Positions 26,591 through 40,084 are shown, numbered from the whole stretch's first letter. The stretch is DNA of 63,892 bases, filler included, from Octopus bimaculoides (GCF_001194135.2; 6 parts of 6 records of this genome joined end to end with filler, not necessarily neighbours in it); one strand, 5' to 3'. Made by a program: numbers and translations. The notes: generated by a model not told the origin, from the letters alone.

Positions 26591-27811
26591 TAGCAGACGT
26601 GGGTCATGCACGCCATCATAGCATTTCTTACAAACATATAACAGACAGGGAATTCTGCTGAAAACGTTGCATTGGTCATTAGAGAAACGTGCTGCTAACC
26701 AGACAAGATTTGTCAATAGATGTATTACAATAAAGGAGGTCTTTGTAATTTGAGAATGTTCAGATACCTTAGAAGACCGATCCCAATTGAGAATGAACGA
26801 AAGTTAGGACACATCACATATTGTCTCCTGTTCCTTAGTTTATTTTGGCTACGACAGCCAAAACCCATGTTTGGGAATTTAGGGGAGATGAAACGGAAAT
26901 AGATTTAATGAAATAATTTAGGGTCAGAAGTAAGAGGAATCAACGAAAGTTGATTTATTCGTTCATCTGTTCCACAATTTCTATCCAATTAAGGAACTAC
27001 TAAAACACACACAAACACACGCGGATGTATGTTAATATGTATGTGTGTGTGTATTCATATATATATANNNNNNNNNNNNNNNNNNNNNNNNNNNNNNNNN
27101 NNNNNNNNNNNNNNNNNNNNNNNNNNNNNNNNNNNNNNNNNNNNNNNNNNNNNNNNNNNNNNNNNNNNNNNNNNNNNNNNNNNNNNNNNNNNNNNNNNNN
27201 NNNNNNNNNNNNNNNNNNNNNNNNNNNNNNNNNNNNNNNNNNNNNNNNNNNNNNNNNNNNNNNNNNNNNNNNNNNNNNNNNNNNNNNNNNNNNNNNNNNN
27301 NNNNNNNNNNNNNNNNNNNNNNNNNNNNNNNNNNNNNNNNNNNNNNNNNNNNNNNNNNNNNNNNNNNNNNNNNNNNNNNNNNNNNNNNNNNNNNNNNNNN
27401 NNNNNNNNNNNNNNNNNNNNNNNNNNNNNNNNNNNNNNNNNNNNNNNNNNNNNNNNNNNNNNNNNNNNNNNNNNNNNNNNNNNNNNNNNNNNNNNNNNNN
27501 NNNNNNNNNNNNNNNNNNNNNNNNNNNNNNNNNNNNNNNNNNNNNNNNNNNNNNNNNNNNNNNNNNNNNNNNNNNNNNNNNNNNNNNNNNNNNNNNNNNN
27601 NNNNNNNNNNNNNNNNNNNNNNNNNNNNNNNNNNNNNNNNNNNNNNNNNNNNNNNNNNNNNNNNNNNNNNNNNNNNNNNNNNNNNNNNNNNNNNNNNNNN
27701 NNNNNNNNNNNNNNNNNNNGTAATTCTAAACATTTGGTTGAATAAATTCTCCGATGGTAGTTTTCAAGGGAAGTCATACAAGATAATTTGTAGTAGCGTC
27801 CCTTGCATGAT

Positions 27812-27849
<38 letters not shown>

Positions 27850-28007
27850 CTGCCGCAGAGAAATGAATGTACGTCCATCAAATTGAACTTCAGTGTGGTC
27901 TGAAGAACGCGGACATTTTCCGATAGCATCAATTACTGCTTGGCATTACTGGAAGGATCAATACTTCTCGAAAATACTGGATTCAATGAGATCTTCAATA
28001 GGCGAAG

Positions 28008-28161
28008 ACGTGGCTGTGTGGTAAGAAGCTTGCTTCCCAACCACATCATTTCAGGTTCAGTCTGACAGCGTGGCACCTTGGGAAAAAATATGCTACTAAA
28101 GCCTCGGGTCGACCAAAGCTTTGTGAGTAGATTTGGTATACGGAAACTGAAAGAAGCCGTT

Positions 28162-28165
<4 letters not shown>
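28008..28165 (+). mobile_element. SINE family A, 5' half
   Basis: GACGTGGCTGTGTGGTAAGAAGCTTGCTTCCCAACCAC head and body. Confidence 0.72.
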
Positions 28166-28194
<29 letters not shown>

Positions 28195-29072
28195 NNNNNN
28201 NNNNNNNNNNNNNNNNNNNNNNNNNNNNNNNNNNNNNNNNNNNNNNNNNNNNNNNNNNNNNNNNNNNNNNNNNNNNNNNNNNNNNNNNNNNNNNNNNNNN
28301 NNNNNNNNNNNNNNNNNNNNNNNNNNNNNNNNNNNNNNNNNNNNNNNNNNNNNNNNNNNNNNNNNNNNNNNNNNNNNNNNNNNNNNNNNNNNNNNNNNNN
28401 NNNNNNNNNNNNNNNNNNNNNNNNNNNNNNNNNNNNNNNNNNNNNNNNNNNNNNNNNNNNNNNNNNNNNNNNNNNNNNNNNNNNNNNNNNNNNNNNNNNN
28501 NNNNNNNNNNNNNNNNNNNNNNNNNNNNNNNNNNNNNNNNNNNNNNNNNNNNNNNNNNNNNNNNNNNNNNNNNNNNNNNNNNNNNNNNNNNNNNNNNNNN
28601 NNNNNNNNNNNNNNNNNNNNNNNNNNNNNNNNNNNNNNNNNNNNNNNNNNNNNNNNNNNNNNNNNNNNNNNNNNNNNNNNNNNNNNNNNNNNNNNNNNNN
28701 NNNNNNNNNNNNNNNNNNNNNNNNNNNNNNNNNNNNNNNNNNNNNNNNNTCTCTCTGTCTCCCTCCTTACCACTCTCTGACTTTCTCACTTTCTCTCTCC
28801 CTCTCTCTCTTTCTCTCCCTCTCCCCTTCTCTCTCTCTCTATATATATAATATATATAATACAAAATGGGACAAGAACGCAAAACATCCAGACAGTTAGG
28901 TGATACAAGAAAGGGACAACAAAATATCCAGACGGACGATATAAGGAAAACAAGGACGGGTCATTCGGAGTTTTTTCTCTTCAGTCGAGATCCAGATTAT
29001 CTTTGCAATTTCGGCTGGTTATTCTCGAGATTGCTCCAATCTGGCCAGCCCCAAGGAAAAATAATGATGATG

Positions 29073-29116
<44 letters not shown>

Positions 29117-29216
29117 CTTTTCTGCTATACGCACAAGATAGGCGGGATGACTGTGGTTAAAAAGTGTTTGATTATTTGACTGCTTAATCAAAGTCGACCA
29201 CGCTCTTAATGATGAT

Positions 29217-29250
<34 letters not shown>

Positions 29251-30014
29251 GTAACAACAAAGGCAGAATTAAAACGGACAAATCTTACAATAACTTATCT
29301 AGCATCCGCTTTCAGAACCCCATCCCCCCCCTTAAAAACTTAAAAACCTGAACACAACAAAATAAATATATTTTAAAGTGGCTAGAGAAATACCCGCCTA
29401 AAATAAACACCACTTTAGTATAACAGATGTTACAAACTTTTCATAATAAACATTTGCAGCGATCCGAAACTCGAGCCAACAAGAGAGCCTCGGCGAAGTA
29501 GATTAACGTACAAGAAATAACAAACAAATATGCCTCAAATTACACGCTGTTATGTTTTAAAAAGGGAAAAACACATTAGACAATATAGTCCAAGACATAC
29601 TACGCCTGGATAAATAATGGGATGGTCATATCTAGGACAGTTTTGACCATAGACTTGTTGAATCAGAAGAAATCTGAAGCCACATATTTGTAATGCCATA
29701 ATTTCCAAAACAGACCTCAGTAAACACGATATATAAACCGACAGCCATATTGAGTGACATTGGAGAAAATCAAAATGATGAGCATTTTCTCCACATTTCA
29801 CTTTCCATCATTTTGCAAGGGAGAAAAACGGATCCTGTGGTTGTTTTATGGTGTTTGGTATTGATTTGTGGTAGTCTGTAGTGTTTTGTCGTGTTTTGGG
29901 TTGGAAATAAAAATGGATTCTAAAAACAGGATTGAATTCTGATGCTATTAAAAATTTTCTTTACAGAAAGCAGTTTTGTTTTGGTTTAACCAGAGAATGT
30001 GTAATCCTTTAGCT

Positions 30015-30195
30015 TTGACTTGCTTCAGTCATTTAACTGTGGCCATGCTGGGGCTCCGCCTTGAAGAGTTTTAGTCGAATGATTTTTGTAAGCCTGGTAC
30101 TTACTCTATCGGTGTGTTCTGCCAAACCGCTAATTTATGGAGACGTTAACACACCAACACCGGTTGTCAAGCAGTGGTTGGAGACAAGTACACAC
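30015..30195 (-). mobile_element. SINE family A, 3' half
   Basis: Same 3' module as 26012-26230. Confidence 0.68.
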
Positions 30196-30202
30196 ACACA
30201 CA

Positions 30203-30248
<46 letters not shown>

Positions 30249-31702
30249 NNNNNNNNNNNNNNNNNNNNNNNNNNNNNNNNNNNNNNNNNNNNNNNNNNNN
30301 NNNNNNNNNNNNNNNNNNNNNNNNNNNNNNNNNNNNNNNNNNNNNNNNNNNNNNNNNNNNNNNNNNNNNNNNNNNNNNNNNNNNNNNNNNNNNNNNNNNN
30401 NNNNNNNNNNNNNNNNNNNNNNNNNNNNNNNNNNNNNNNNNNNNNNNNNNNNNNNNNNNNNNNNNNNNNNNNNNNNNNNNNNNNNNNNNNNNNNNNNNNN
30501 NNNNNNNNNNNNNNNNNNNNNNNNNNNNNNNNNNNNNNNNNNNNNNNNNNNNNNNNNNNNNNNNNNNNNNNNNNNNNNNNNNNNNNNNNNNNNNNNNNNN
30601 NNNNNNNNNNNNNNNNNNNNNNNNNNNNNNNNNNNNNNNNNNNNNNNNNNNNNNNNNNNNNNNNNNNNNNNNNNNNNNNNNNNNNNNNNNNNNNNNNNNN
30701 NNNNNNNNNNNNNNNNNNNNNNNNNNNNNNNNNNNNNNNNNNNNNNNNNNNNNNNNNNNNNNNNNNNNNNNNNNNNNNNNNNNNNNNNNNNNNNNNNNNN
30801 NNNNNNNNNNNNNNNNNNNNNNNNNNNNNNNNNNNNNNNNNNNNNNNNNNNNNNNNNNNNNNNNNNNNNNNNNNNNNNNNNNNNNNNNNNNNNNNNNNNN
30901 NNNNNNNNNNNNNNNNNNNNNNNNNNNNNNNNNNNNNNNNNNNNNNNNNNNNNNNNNNNNNNNNNNNNNNNNNNNNNNNNNNNNNNNNNNNNNNNNNNNN
31001 NNNNNNNNNNNNNNNNNNNNNNNNNNNNNNNNNNNNNNNNNNNNNNNNNNNNNNNNNNNNNNNNNNNNNNNNNNNNNNNNNNNNNNNNNNNNNNNNNNNN
31101 NNNNNNNNNNNNNNNNNNNNNNNNNNNNNNNNNNNNNNNNNNNNNNNNNNNNNNNNNNNNNNNNNNNNNNNNNNNNNNNNNNNNNNNNNNNNNNNNNNNN
31201 NNNNNNNNNNTTTGAAGGAAAATGTATATCCCTAAGGATTGTGAGATTAATCCGATTATCAAGTTTTGCTCTTTAGTAAAAAGTGGATCTATTTGGAGGT
31301 TATATATTAATGATAGATTAGGAAATTGAAAACGAGGTGGGAACTAGGAAGAAGGATTAATATGATAGCGTTAGTATATACAAGTTTTAAGGCGTCTAGT
31401 GTAGGATTACTGATAGGCTACGTTAGCTGCTCTAATAGAAACGTTACAGAAACATAGATAGTATAATATTTATAATTGGGAGCAATAGTTGGGTATTTCT
31501 TTTGTTTTGTTTTGTTTATATATATATTAGAAAGTGTAGAGAGGTCAGAGGTCAGAGGTCAGAAGTCAGAGGTCAGTCAGTCAGGCTGTCCACTGTTACC
31601 GAAATAACATGTTACCGAGGAATAGAAGGAAAATATGCGACTGCTTGACACCTACATACACATGGAAATATTCTTTCGGACACGTTTAGAGTTCTTTCAT
31701 GA

Positions 31703-31737
<35 letters not shown>

Positions 31738-32199
31738 GCAAAACAATGATATATAAAGAGAAAAATAAACGAGAAAACATTAATAAAAGATTTAAATAAA
31801 TTAGTGCTAATAACAGTTCTAACGTGACTGTTGTTGCAGTCTCTGTCTAAAGAATGAATCACCTGTAAGTCTTCATTTTACATTATTGAACTAGAAACAT
31901 CGCTACCATAACTGCTAATACCTACGCAGTGTGTGGCAATGTGGTGCGAAGTTTGCTTTACAACCACACGGTTCTGGGTTCAATCCTACTGCGTGTCACC
32001 TTGTACAAGTGTGGGATCTTTGTGATTTTCGTCACTGCTTACAATTTTGTTCCAATTGTTTTTTCAAATTTGGTACATCGATTAAGTTTTCTATACTAAT
32101 CATGAAACTGAAATTAATTTTTCCTATAAATCTATAATTAAAAAGTTATTAGCCTTTTAAATTTGCAAAATTTCGGTGTATTTGCCAATCATAAGCGAG

Positions 32200-32285
32200 T
32201 ACCGTAAATCCTCGAGTATAATACGCAGGGGATTTTTAGGGGACTGTACCTCTGAAAAACTTAAACCTTGTGTATAATACGCACC
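32200..32285. mobile_element. Single pogo/Tigger-like terminal inverted repeat end
   Basis: TACCGTAAATCCTCGAGTATAATACGCA with an internal repeat of GTATAATACGCA; partner end not seen and may lie in the gap. Confidence 0.38.
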
Positions 32286-34605
32286 CCTTCTCTAACTTCA
32301 GTCAAGGAGGTCTATATAACGTCCTTGGTTTGTAAACATATATACGGTAACGTCCTTTATTATTATTGTATATATAACATAATGCAAACGTGTAGCTTTT
32401 TTGTGCACTTTGCAGAAAATAAAGACATAACAGTAATAACGTCAGTGAAAATATATATATAGCTTAAGGTATTAGCTTAAAGTATTTTCGCGCCCGACAT
32501 CACAAAATGCGTCTGAATAAACATTGCCGGACATCAAATTGAGACTCGGACATTGCTTAGAAAATATTTTTCATTTTCAACCTCGTATATAGTACGCANN
32601 NNNNNNNNNNNNNNNNNNNNNNNNNNNNNNNNNNNNNNNNNNNNNNNNNNNNNNNNNNNNNNNNNNNNNNNNNNNNNNNNNNNNNNNNNNNNNNNNNNNN
32701 NNNNNNNNNNNNNNNNNNNNNNNNNNNNNNNNNNNNNNNNNNNNNNNNNNNNNNNNNNNNNNNNNNNNNNNNNNNNNNNNNNNNNNNNNNNNNNNNNNNN
32801 NNNNNNNNNNNNNNNNNNNNNNNNNNNNNNNNNNNNNNNNNNNNNNNNNNNNNNNNNNNNNNNNNNNNNNNNNNNNNNNNNNNNNNNNNNNNNNNNNNNN
32901 NNNNNNNNNNNNNNNNNNNNNNNNNNNNNNNNNNNNNNNNNNNNNNNNNNNNNNNNNNNNNNNNNNNNNNNNNNNNNNNNNNNNNNNNNNNNNNNNNNNN
33001 NNNNNNNNNNNNNNNNNNNNNNNNNNNNNNNNNNNNNNNNNNNNNNNNNNNNNNNNNNNNNNNNNNNNNNNNNNNNNNNNNNNNNNNNNNNNNNNNNNNN
33101 NNNNNNNNNNNNNNNNNNNNNNNNNNNNNNNNNNNNNNNNNNNNNNNNNNNNNNNNNNNNNNNNNNNNNNNNNNNNNNNNNNNNNNNNNNNNNNNNNNNN
33201 NNNNNNNNNNNNNNNNNNNNNNNNNNNNNNNNNNNNNNNNNNNNNNNNNNNNNNNNNNNNNNNNNNNNNNNNNNNNNNNNNNNNNNNNNNNNNNNNNNNN
33301 NNNNNNNNNNNNAAGAAGAAGAAGAAGAAGAAGAAGAAGAAGAAGAAGAAGAAGAAGAAGAAGAAGAAGAAGAAGAAGAAGAAGAAGAAGAAGAAGAAGA
33401 AGAAGAAGAAGAATGCAATAAAAGTATTAGAGAAATAACCGAAATAACATGGAGGAAGAAAGACAGACATCGATAAAAAAGTTAGGGATAATTACAGTGG
33501 TTATAGCGACATTCCAGTTATAATGTCAATGTCGTTGTTGTTGTTGTTGTAGGCTTTGTCTATCAAATGAATCACTTGTAATCACCTGTAAACGGTATCC
33601 ACTCTATTTGTGTTATTGAGCAGAAGTATTTTAATCATACCAGCAACACTACAACTATACATCCCCCACAACCACCCCCACCCCACCACGACCATTACCA
33701 CCACCACTACCATCACAAATAGCAACCTCACTTTAATCCTTACCAAAACCATACCACCACAACTATTACCATCACCACCACCACCACCACCACCACCACT
33801 ACAACATTGGGCCTTACAGAGGCAATGACAGGAGACTGAGACTTTTGGAGATGGACTGTGATTGAGAAGACCCGGTGACTAAAGTGAGATCGCAGCCATG
33901 CATGTCCGGCTCAGTTAAGAATACCCCTGACNNNNNNNNNNNNNNNNNNNNNNNNNNNNNNNNNNNNNNNNNNNNNNNNNNNNNNNNNNNNNNNNNNNNN
34001 NNNNNNNNNNNNNNNNNNNNNNNNNNNNNNNNNNNNNNNNNNNNNNNNNNNNNNNNNNNNNNNNNNNNNNNNNNNNNNNNNNNNNNNNNNNNNNNNNNNN
34101 NNNNNNNNNNNNNNNNNNNNNNNNNNNNNNNNNNNNNNNNNNNNNNNNNNNNNNNNNNNNNNNNCACAACACAAAGATAGGTAAACAGACAGACAGACAG
34201 ACAAACAAGCAGGCAGGCAGGCAGGAGGGCAGTCAGTCAGACTAACAGAGAAAGAGAGGGAGAGGGGGAGAAAGGTAGGGAGAGGAGAACGAGGGTGTTA
34301 GTGAGGGAGAGAGAGAGAGAGAGAGAATATTGTGATTTAAAAGAACATAAAAAAAAACCCAGAAAATAAGTCAGATAAAAAGTTTTAAAATTCTGTAAAT
34401 GGATGAAGAATTGTAAGGATTGCAGTGGATGAGGGAGATGCTGGGTAAATAACGGGTAGATGTGTCTGAGGTGAGGGAATGACGTCTGTTATACGCATCA
34501 ACATTTAACGTATAAAATTACCTTTAGACAAATGAGAGGGCGATACATACCTTACCTTTGCTGGAAATAGGCGAACGGAAATAAAGAGGAGAGGAAGCCG
34601 CAGGC

Positions 34606-34639
<34 letters not shown>

Positions 34640-34641
<2 letters not shown>

Positions 34642-34862
34642 TCAATAATAATATCTTTTCTACTCTAGGCACAAGTCCCAAAATTTTGAGGAAGGGGGCT
34701 AGTCGATTAGATCGACCCCAGTACGCAACTGGTACTTAATTTATCGACTTCGAAAGGAGGAAAGGCAAAGTCGACCTCGGTAGAATTTGAACTCAGTACC
34801 TAAAGACAGAGTAGATAGCGCTAAGCATTTCGCCCGGCGTGCTAACGTTTCTGCCAGCTCAC
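34640..34862 (-). mobile_element. SINE family B, near full length
   Basis: Complete reverse copy flanked by (AAT)n. Confidence 0.78.
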
Positions 34863-34875
34863 CGCCTTGTAGTAG

Positions 34876-34954
<79 letters not shown>

Positions 34955-35109
34955 TCCTTTTATTAGCTACAGAGGCATAGATGAAGGGGACAGACAACAA
35001 TTTGTGTGGGGATTTTCTTAAAGGGTGAGGGGAAAAGAAATGAAAAAAACATTGAAGTACGATAAATGTATACATAGTATATAAAGCATGTGATAACATG
35101 AATGATGCA

Positions 35110-35870
35110 GTCATCCTTATAAAGGAGAAACCCTAACTAGGGCCAATCAAGGAACCCCACAGATCCCGAATTATACTGACCACCAAAGGTGCGAGCCCTC
35201 TTTCCTGCTCTCCAATCTACAGGTGCATACTTACAATAGGACCATTCATTCTAACCGTTCTTATCACAATCACTCGTCTTTTCACAAATTCACCGGATGG
35301 TAGCAATTCTCTCTCCACCCTCACTTTATTTTTCAAGTGGAACTTTAAAAGGTCGACGAAAGCTGAAGTGGAAGATGTCTTTCTTTAATTCTTTCAGCTT
35401 CGTCCACTACACAATCTCTTTCGCCATTGCCACTAGGCAGAGGAACACCGGCTGCCCTGCCTTGTTAAAGATTTTGTGGTGGGGGCGATCCTCACCAAGG
35501 ATTCGACTGATAGTCAGACTCGCCCCACACGTGATAAAAGCCGTTCGACTTTACTCCACAACTCAGCTATACTCGAACGTGCAGAACGGATTCATCGAAT
35601 GCATACAGAACGGTTTCGTCGCTTTGAGCGCATCTCGGACAGTCCCACCCGACGGCGCTTCCGTGCCTGTAGAGTTCATCTCGAACTAGCAGTGTTCCTC
35701 GGTAGCACTGCCAAGCTGGGTATTTCTTGAAGTTATCCATGGTGGTACCGGGCCCGAAAGTCCTCCAGAATATACCCGCTAGCTTGTTATCTTCGTCGAT
35801 GCCCGGAGTTTCCCCAAGAACGTCATCACCCTTACCCACCACTGGATTTCTATTTGTTGCTACCGAAGAA
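35110..35870 (-). mobile_element. Tx1/L1-like LINE fragment with zf-RVT zinc finger
   Basis: AWQCYRGTLLVRDELYRHG...DCPRCAQSDETVLYAF matches the RT-associated zinc-finger pattern; a probable 3' remnant continues at about 36150-36300. Confidence 0.7.
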
Positions 35871-36314
35871 CTTCTACCGACTGTATTGCCCGGCTTGTAG
35901 CGAGCAGTGAGTGCTTGAAGACATTAATGAGGCATTGGGGAGAAGTAAAGAGACAAAATACATTAAAAAATAACAAGAAACAGGGGGGGGGACCTTCATA
36001 ACAATAAATATATTCATATAATATAAGAGAACAATAAATATTAATATAGAGACAACAATGTTACATCATAAGAGAATTCGAAACGCCCAACGCAAAACTC
36101 TAGACTACCCAGCCAAAACAAGGGGCAATGCATTCTTTCAGTTTTTGCAGTTACCCTGCAACCCCATAATTATTGTAGGCCTATTTTGTCACCCCAATTT
36201 TACCATTCTCAAAAATACCCGTTTCATCAAATTTGTTGGAGAGCAGCCTCTTCTTCTCACCTTCATCTTCCTTTTCAACTAGATTTTGGTGAACTTGATT
36301 GAAGACGGTTTAAG

Positions 36315-36645
36315 GGTTTGGTGAAGCCGTTGCCTAGTGGTTAGGGTATTTGGCTCACGGTGGTTAGGTTATGAGTTCGATTTCTGACGACGCGTTGTGT
36401 CCTTGAGCAAAACACTTTATTTCACGTTGCTCCAGTCCTCTCAGCTGTCAAAAATAAGTTGTACCAGTAATTCAAATGGTCAGTCTTTTCACATTCTCTG
36501 CCACTCTGAATCTCTCTGAGAGCTACGTTAAAGGTACGTGTGTCTGTGGAGTGCTCAGCCACTTGCGCGTTAGATTCACGAGCAGGCTGTTCCGTTGATC
36601 GGATCAAGTGGAACATTCGTCGTCGTAACCGACGAAGTACCAGTT
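36315..36645 (+). mobile_element. SINE family C
   Basis: TAGTGGTTAGG A-box, GAGTTCGATT B-box, CCTTGAGCAAAACACTTTATTTCAC body. Confidence 0.75.
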
Positions 36646-37010
36646 TTGAACTTGGCCTAAAAGGAACATCTCTGTCCTCAAACTTTTCGACCACATCAAC
36701 CAAACGGAAAGACTACCAGGTTTGATATTCACGAAAGACGCGGTTAATGATGCGGTCTCTCCCGTACATGATATCATCTGTGTGACATAAACACCCAGAA
36801 ATCAGTGATGCAAAGAGATGCATAACAACAAGAGTAAGCCAGACGGCTTCATTAAATTGCACGCATCTCAGATATATTCAGTTACTGATGGTTCCAACAA
36901 GCCAATGCCTGAGAAACTTTTTTCCGAACAGGCAATGTCTCCCCAACATCTATAGCCTTATTTACATTATTTACATTTGACGGATATTTGTCCTCATCTT
37001 GTTTGTTGTT

Positions 37011-37056
37011 AACACAACGTTTCGGCTGATATACCCTCCAGCATTCTTCAGGTGTC
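37011..37056 (-). ncRNA. Minimal type I hammerhead-ribozyme-like motif in a Penelope-type repeat
   Basis: GACAC-CUGAAGA-AU-GCUG(loop)CAGC-C-GAAAC-GUU-GUGUU: both cores, 5-bp stem I, 4-bp stem II, palindromic AACGUU stem III. Confidence 0.5.
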
Positions 37057-37477
37057 TTGGGGAAATTTCGAACCTAATAATATAGCATGAACAGGATAAA
37101 CTATCCATATTTTGCAGAAAAATCTGTCGGTGGCCAGTGATTACGTGTCAAGTGATTTACCATTAAGCTAAACTGCCCTGCGACAAATTCTTCTGCAATA
37201 CATCTCAACGCTTCTAAAGCAAACTTTGTTTGTTGACTTTCAACGTAAGTTGAATTTAACGTACGATAGCGTCTTATAAAGCTAGATTTATATATCCTAA
37301 AATTGCAGAAGAATTGTAGGGGGAGAAATGAGAAAGGTTGGAGAGGTAGGGTACAAGAAATATGGAAGAAAAACAGACAGACAGAGGCGGAGAGAGAGGG
37401 GAAGAAAAGGAAAGAGAGAGAGAAAGAAAGAAAGAAATAAAGAAACAAACAAACAAACGAATGAAGANNNNNNNNNN

Positions 37478-37556
<79 letters not shown>

Positions 37557-37723
37557 AAACAGCATAAAGTTTAAGACAAAGAAATGGCAGACGGAAAGAA
37601 GTAATGGAGGAAAGGACGAAAGAAAGAAGTAATGAATGAATGGCAGACGGAAAGAAGTAAGAGGATGAATGAAATCAGAGCAGAGATGCGAAAGAGAGAG
37701 GAGGGCGGAGAGGGGCGTGTGTG

Positions 37724-37754
<31 letters not shown>

Positions 37755-37807
37755 NNNNNNNNNNGTGTTCAGCATCAGCTGCTTCTTTCACTCATCTTAC
37801 TCTAAAA

Positions 37808-37838
<31 letters not shown>

Positions 37839-38468
37839 CATCAACATAACCACCACCACCACCACCACGCCCACGCCCACGCCCACCGCCGATACCACCA
37901 CCACCACCAACACCATCGCCATAACGTTACTTACTATTTTCTGTTGTTTTTAGAGGAGGGTGTGCGTGTGCGAGTGTTTGTTTGTTTGTTTGTGCAACCA
38001 CTATCAAATGACCTGTATGTGACCACACGTCACCTACTAGAAATAGCTGCCGACTCTCCCTCAAATTTCGCTTTGCTGTCTTGTAAAGAGGAAGGATACA
38101 TCAGACAGTGTTGTCCTGGATAAACTATTTGAACACGACGGTATGGTCATGTCCGGAATGTAGTTGATCAACGCTCATACCATATACATTTCAGGGCTGG
38201 CTTGGGACAAAACAAGACACCCAACACCACCGTCACCACCACAGGATATCGTTGCTCCGCCTTGCACATACACACACACAGACACACACACATCTCCATA
38301 GACACACACAAACGCACATACATCTCTATACACTTCCCCACCACTACCTCTAACAACAACAACAGCAATGTTTTGTATTACACAATTACTCAAACAGTTG
38401 GAGAGATGAGTCTTACTTCCTAACAGCCGTCTTATATCATAACATCATTAGTCTTCCAGCTCTCTCCC

Positions 38469-38511
<43 letters not shown>

Positions 38512-39475
38512 GTCTCATCTCTCTCTTTCTTTCTCTCTCTCTCTATGTCGTAATCAGAAATTACATCAGAATAAAGACAGAGAGTGGGGGACTAATATAA
38601 AGTGATTATTACAGAGAGTTAGACTGATCGTGCAAGAGCGAGCGAACGAGAGAAAGAGAAGGAGAAGAAAGAGAGAGAGAGAGAGAAAGGGAGAGAGAGA
38701 GAGAGAAAGGGAGAGAGAGAGGTTGAGAGAAAACAGCCATACCGTGCTTGCGTAGTGACCCAACTGCCCGCTCCTTCCAGATACTCCACACTGCACCAAA
38801 TACAACAAGCCCTCTCTCTTCCCCTTCCCATCTCACACTTTTGTCTTTAACTCTGGTCCAGTCCGTCTGCGTATGTGCGTGTGTACGAGTTTATAGGAAC
38901 GTGTACACACACACGTACATATACACACGCACACACACACACATAAATATGTGTGTGTGTGTGTATGTGGATATATATATATATATATAACAAATAGTAA
39001 ATGAGTATATGCATATATACGTACAGGTATGTGCATACCGACATCCACCTGTATGTATAGGTGCATATCTGGGTACAGGACATTGCAAACAAACGTAGAC
39101 GAGAACACACGAGCCACATAGAGAACATTCTCCTTCATCAGCCACCCACGTTTTAACACCGGCGTTTCGACGAGCTTGGNNNNNNNNNNNNNNNNNNNNN
39201 NNNNNNNNNNNNNNNNNNNNNNNNNNNNNNNNNNNNNNNNNNNNNNNNNNNNNNNNNNNNNNNNNNNNNNNNNNNNNNNNNNNNNNNNNNNNNNNNNNNN
39301 NNNNNNNNNNNNNNNNNNNTATATATATATATATATATATATGGTGAGAATTTACAAAAAAAAAAACAAAAGACGAAGACGGGTGTGTAAAAAACAGACA
39401 GATGTATTAGCATAACGCTCGGAAAGTGACAAAGTCTGTATGTATGTATTCATGTGCGTATGTATGTATAAATAA

Positions 39476-39579
<104 letters not shown>

Positions 39580-39589
39580 CCAACACGAA

Positions 39590-40055
39590 AGGGACAAATT
39601 TTAACAAAAGTTGCATTAATTTCACGTTGATAAAGAAGTGAAATAATCTGACGTTTCGGACGTTCACCTTCATCAGAAAAAAATAGACGAAAGAGAAAAT
39701 GTGGTGGAGAAACTAAAAAGAAATAGAAAAGATTAGTGGGGGGAAAGGATTAATGGCCAATTAGGAATGCAACTCTATGGGGAAACTAAAAAGAGAAGAA
39801 GAGGCATGTAAAGGACAGGTTGCATGGAGTTTGGGGTGCGTGTGGTTTCTGTGGATCTGTGGGTGGGTGTAGCTGGTTGATGGTGAGCAAACGGGAGTGT
39901 AGCGCCGAGGTGTGTTGGAGGTGTGGGAGAATGTCGTGTAGATGTGAACGTATTTTATGTGAGCGGAAGACGTGGAGGGCTGGAGGGTGAGGCAGGTGCG
40001 ACGATGAGGTGAACTGGATGGTAAGAGGAATGTGTTGTTTAAGAAAAACACTCAA
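39590..40055 (-). mobile_element. Penelope-like element terminal fragment
   Basis: Ends in a CTGATGAAGG...CCGAAACGTC motif typical of Penelope-type termini; degraded coding-like segment upstream. Confidence 0.42.
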
Positions 40056-40084
40056 GAAAAATCTGTCAAATAGCCTCAGATGTT

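Noticed and set aside
30061-30190. ORF start MKSFSRMIFVSLVLTLSVCSAKP resembling a signal peptide
   Set aside because: It is the antisense reading of a family A SINE and runs into (CA)n and a gap.
31840-31864. CAG|...AAGAATGAATCACCT|GTAAGT resembling a cadherin NExP exon
   Set aside because: Wrong phase to follow exon E, and a similar sequence recurs near 33550-33590, suggesting a repeat.
36880-36960. VTDGSN frame as the missing cadherin A/V-x-D-G exon
   Set aside because: Acceptor phase is incompatible with exon E, there is no donor, and no following V.V.D.N strand.
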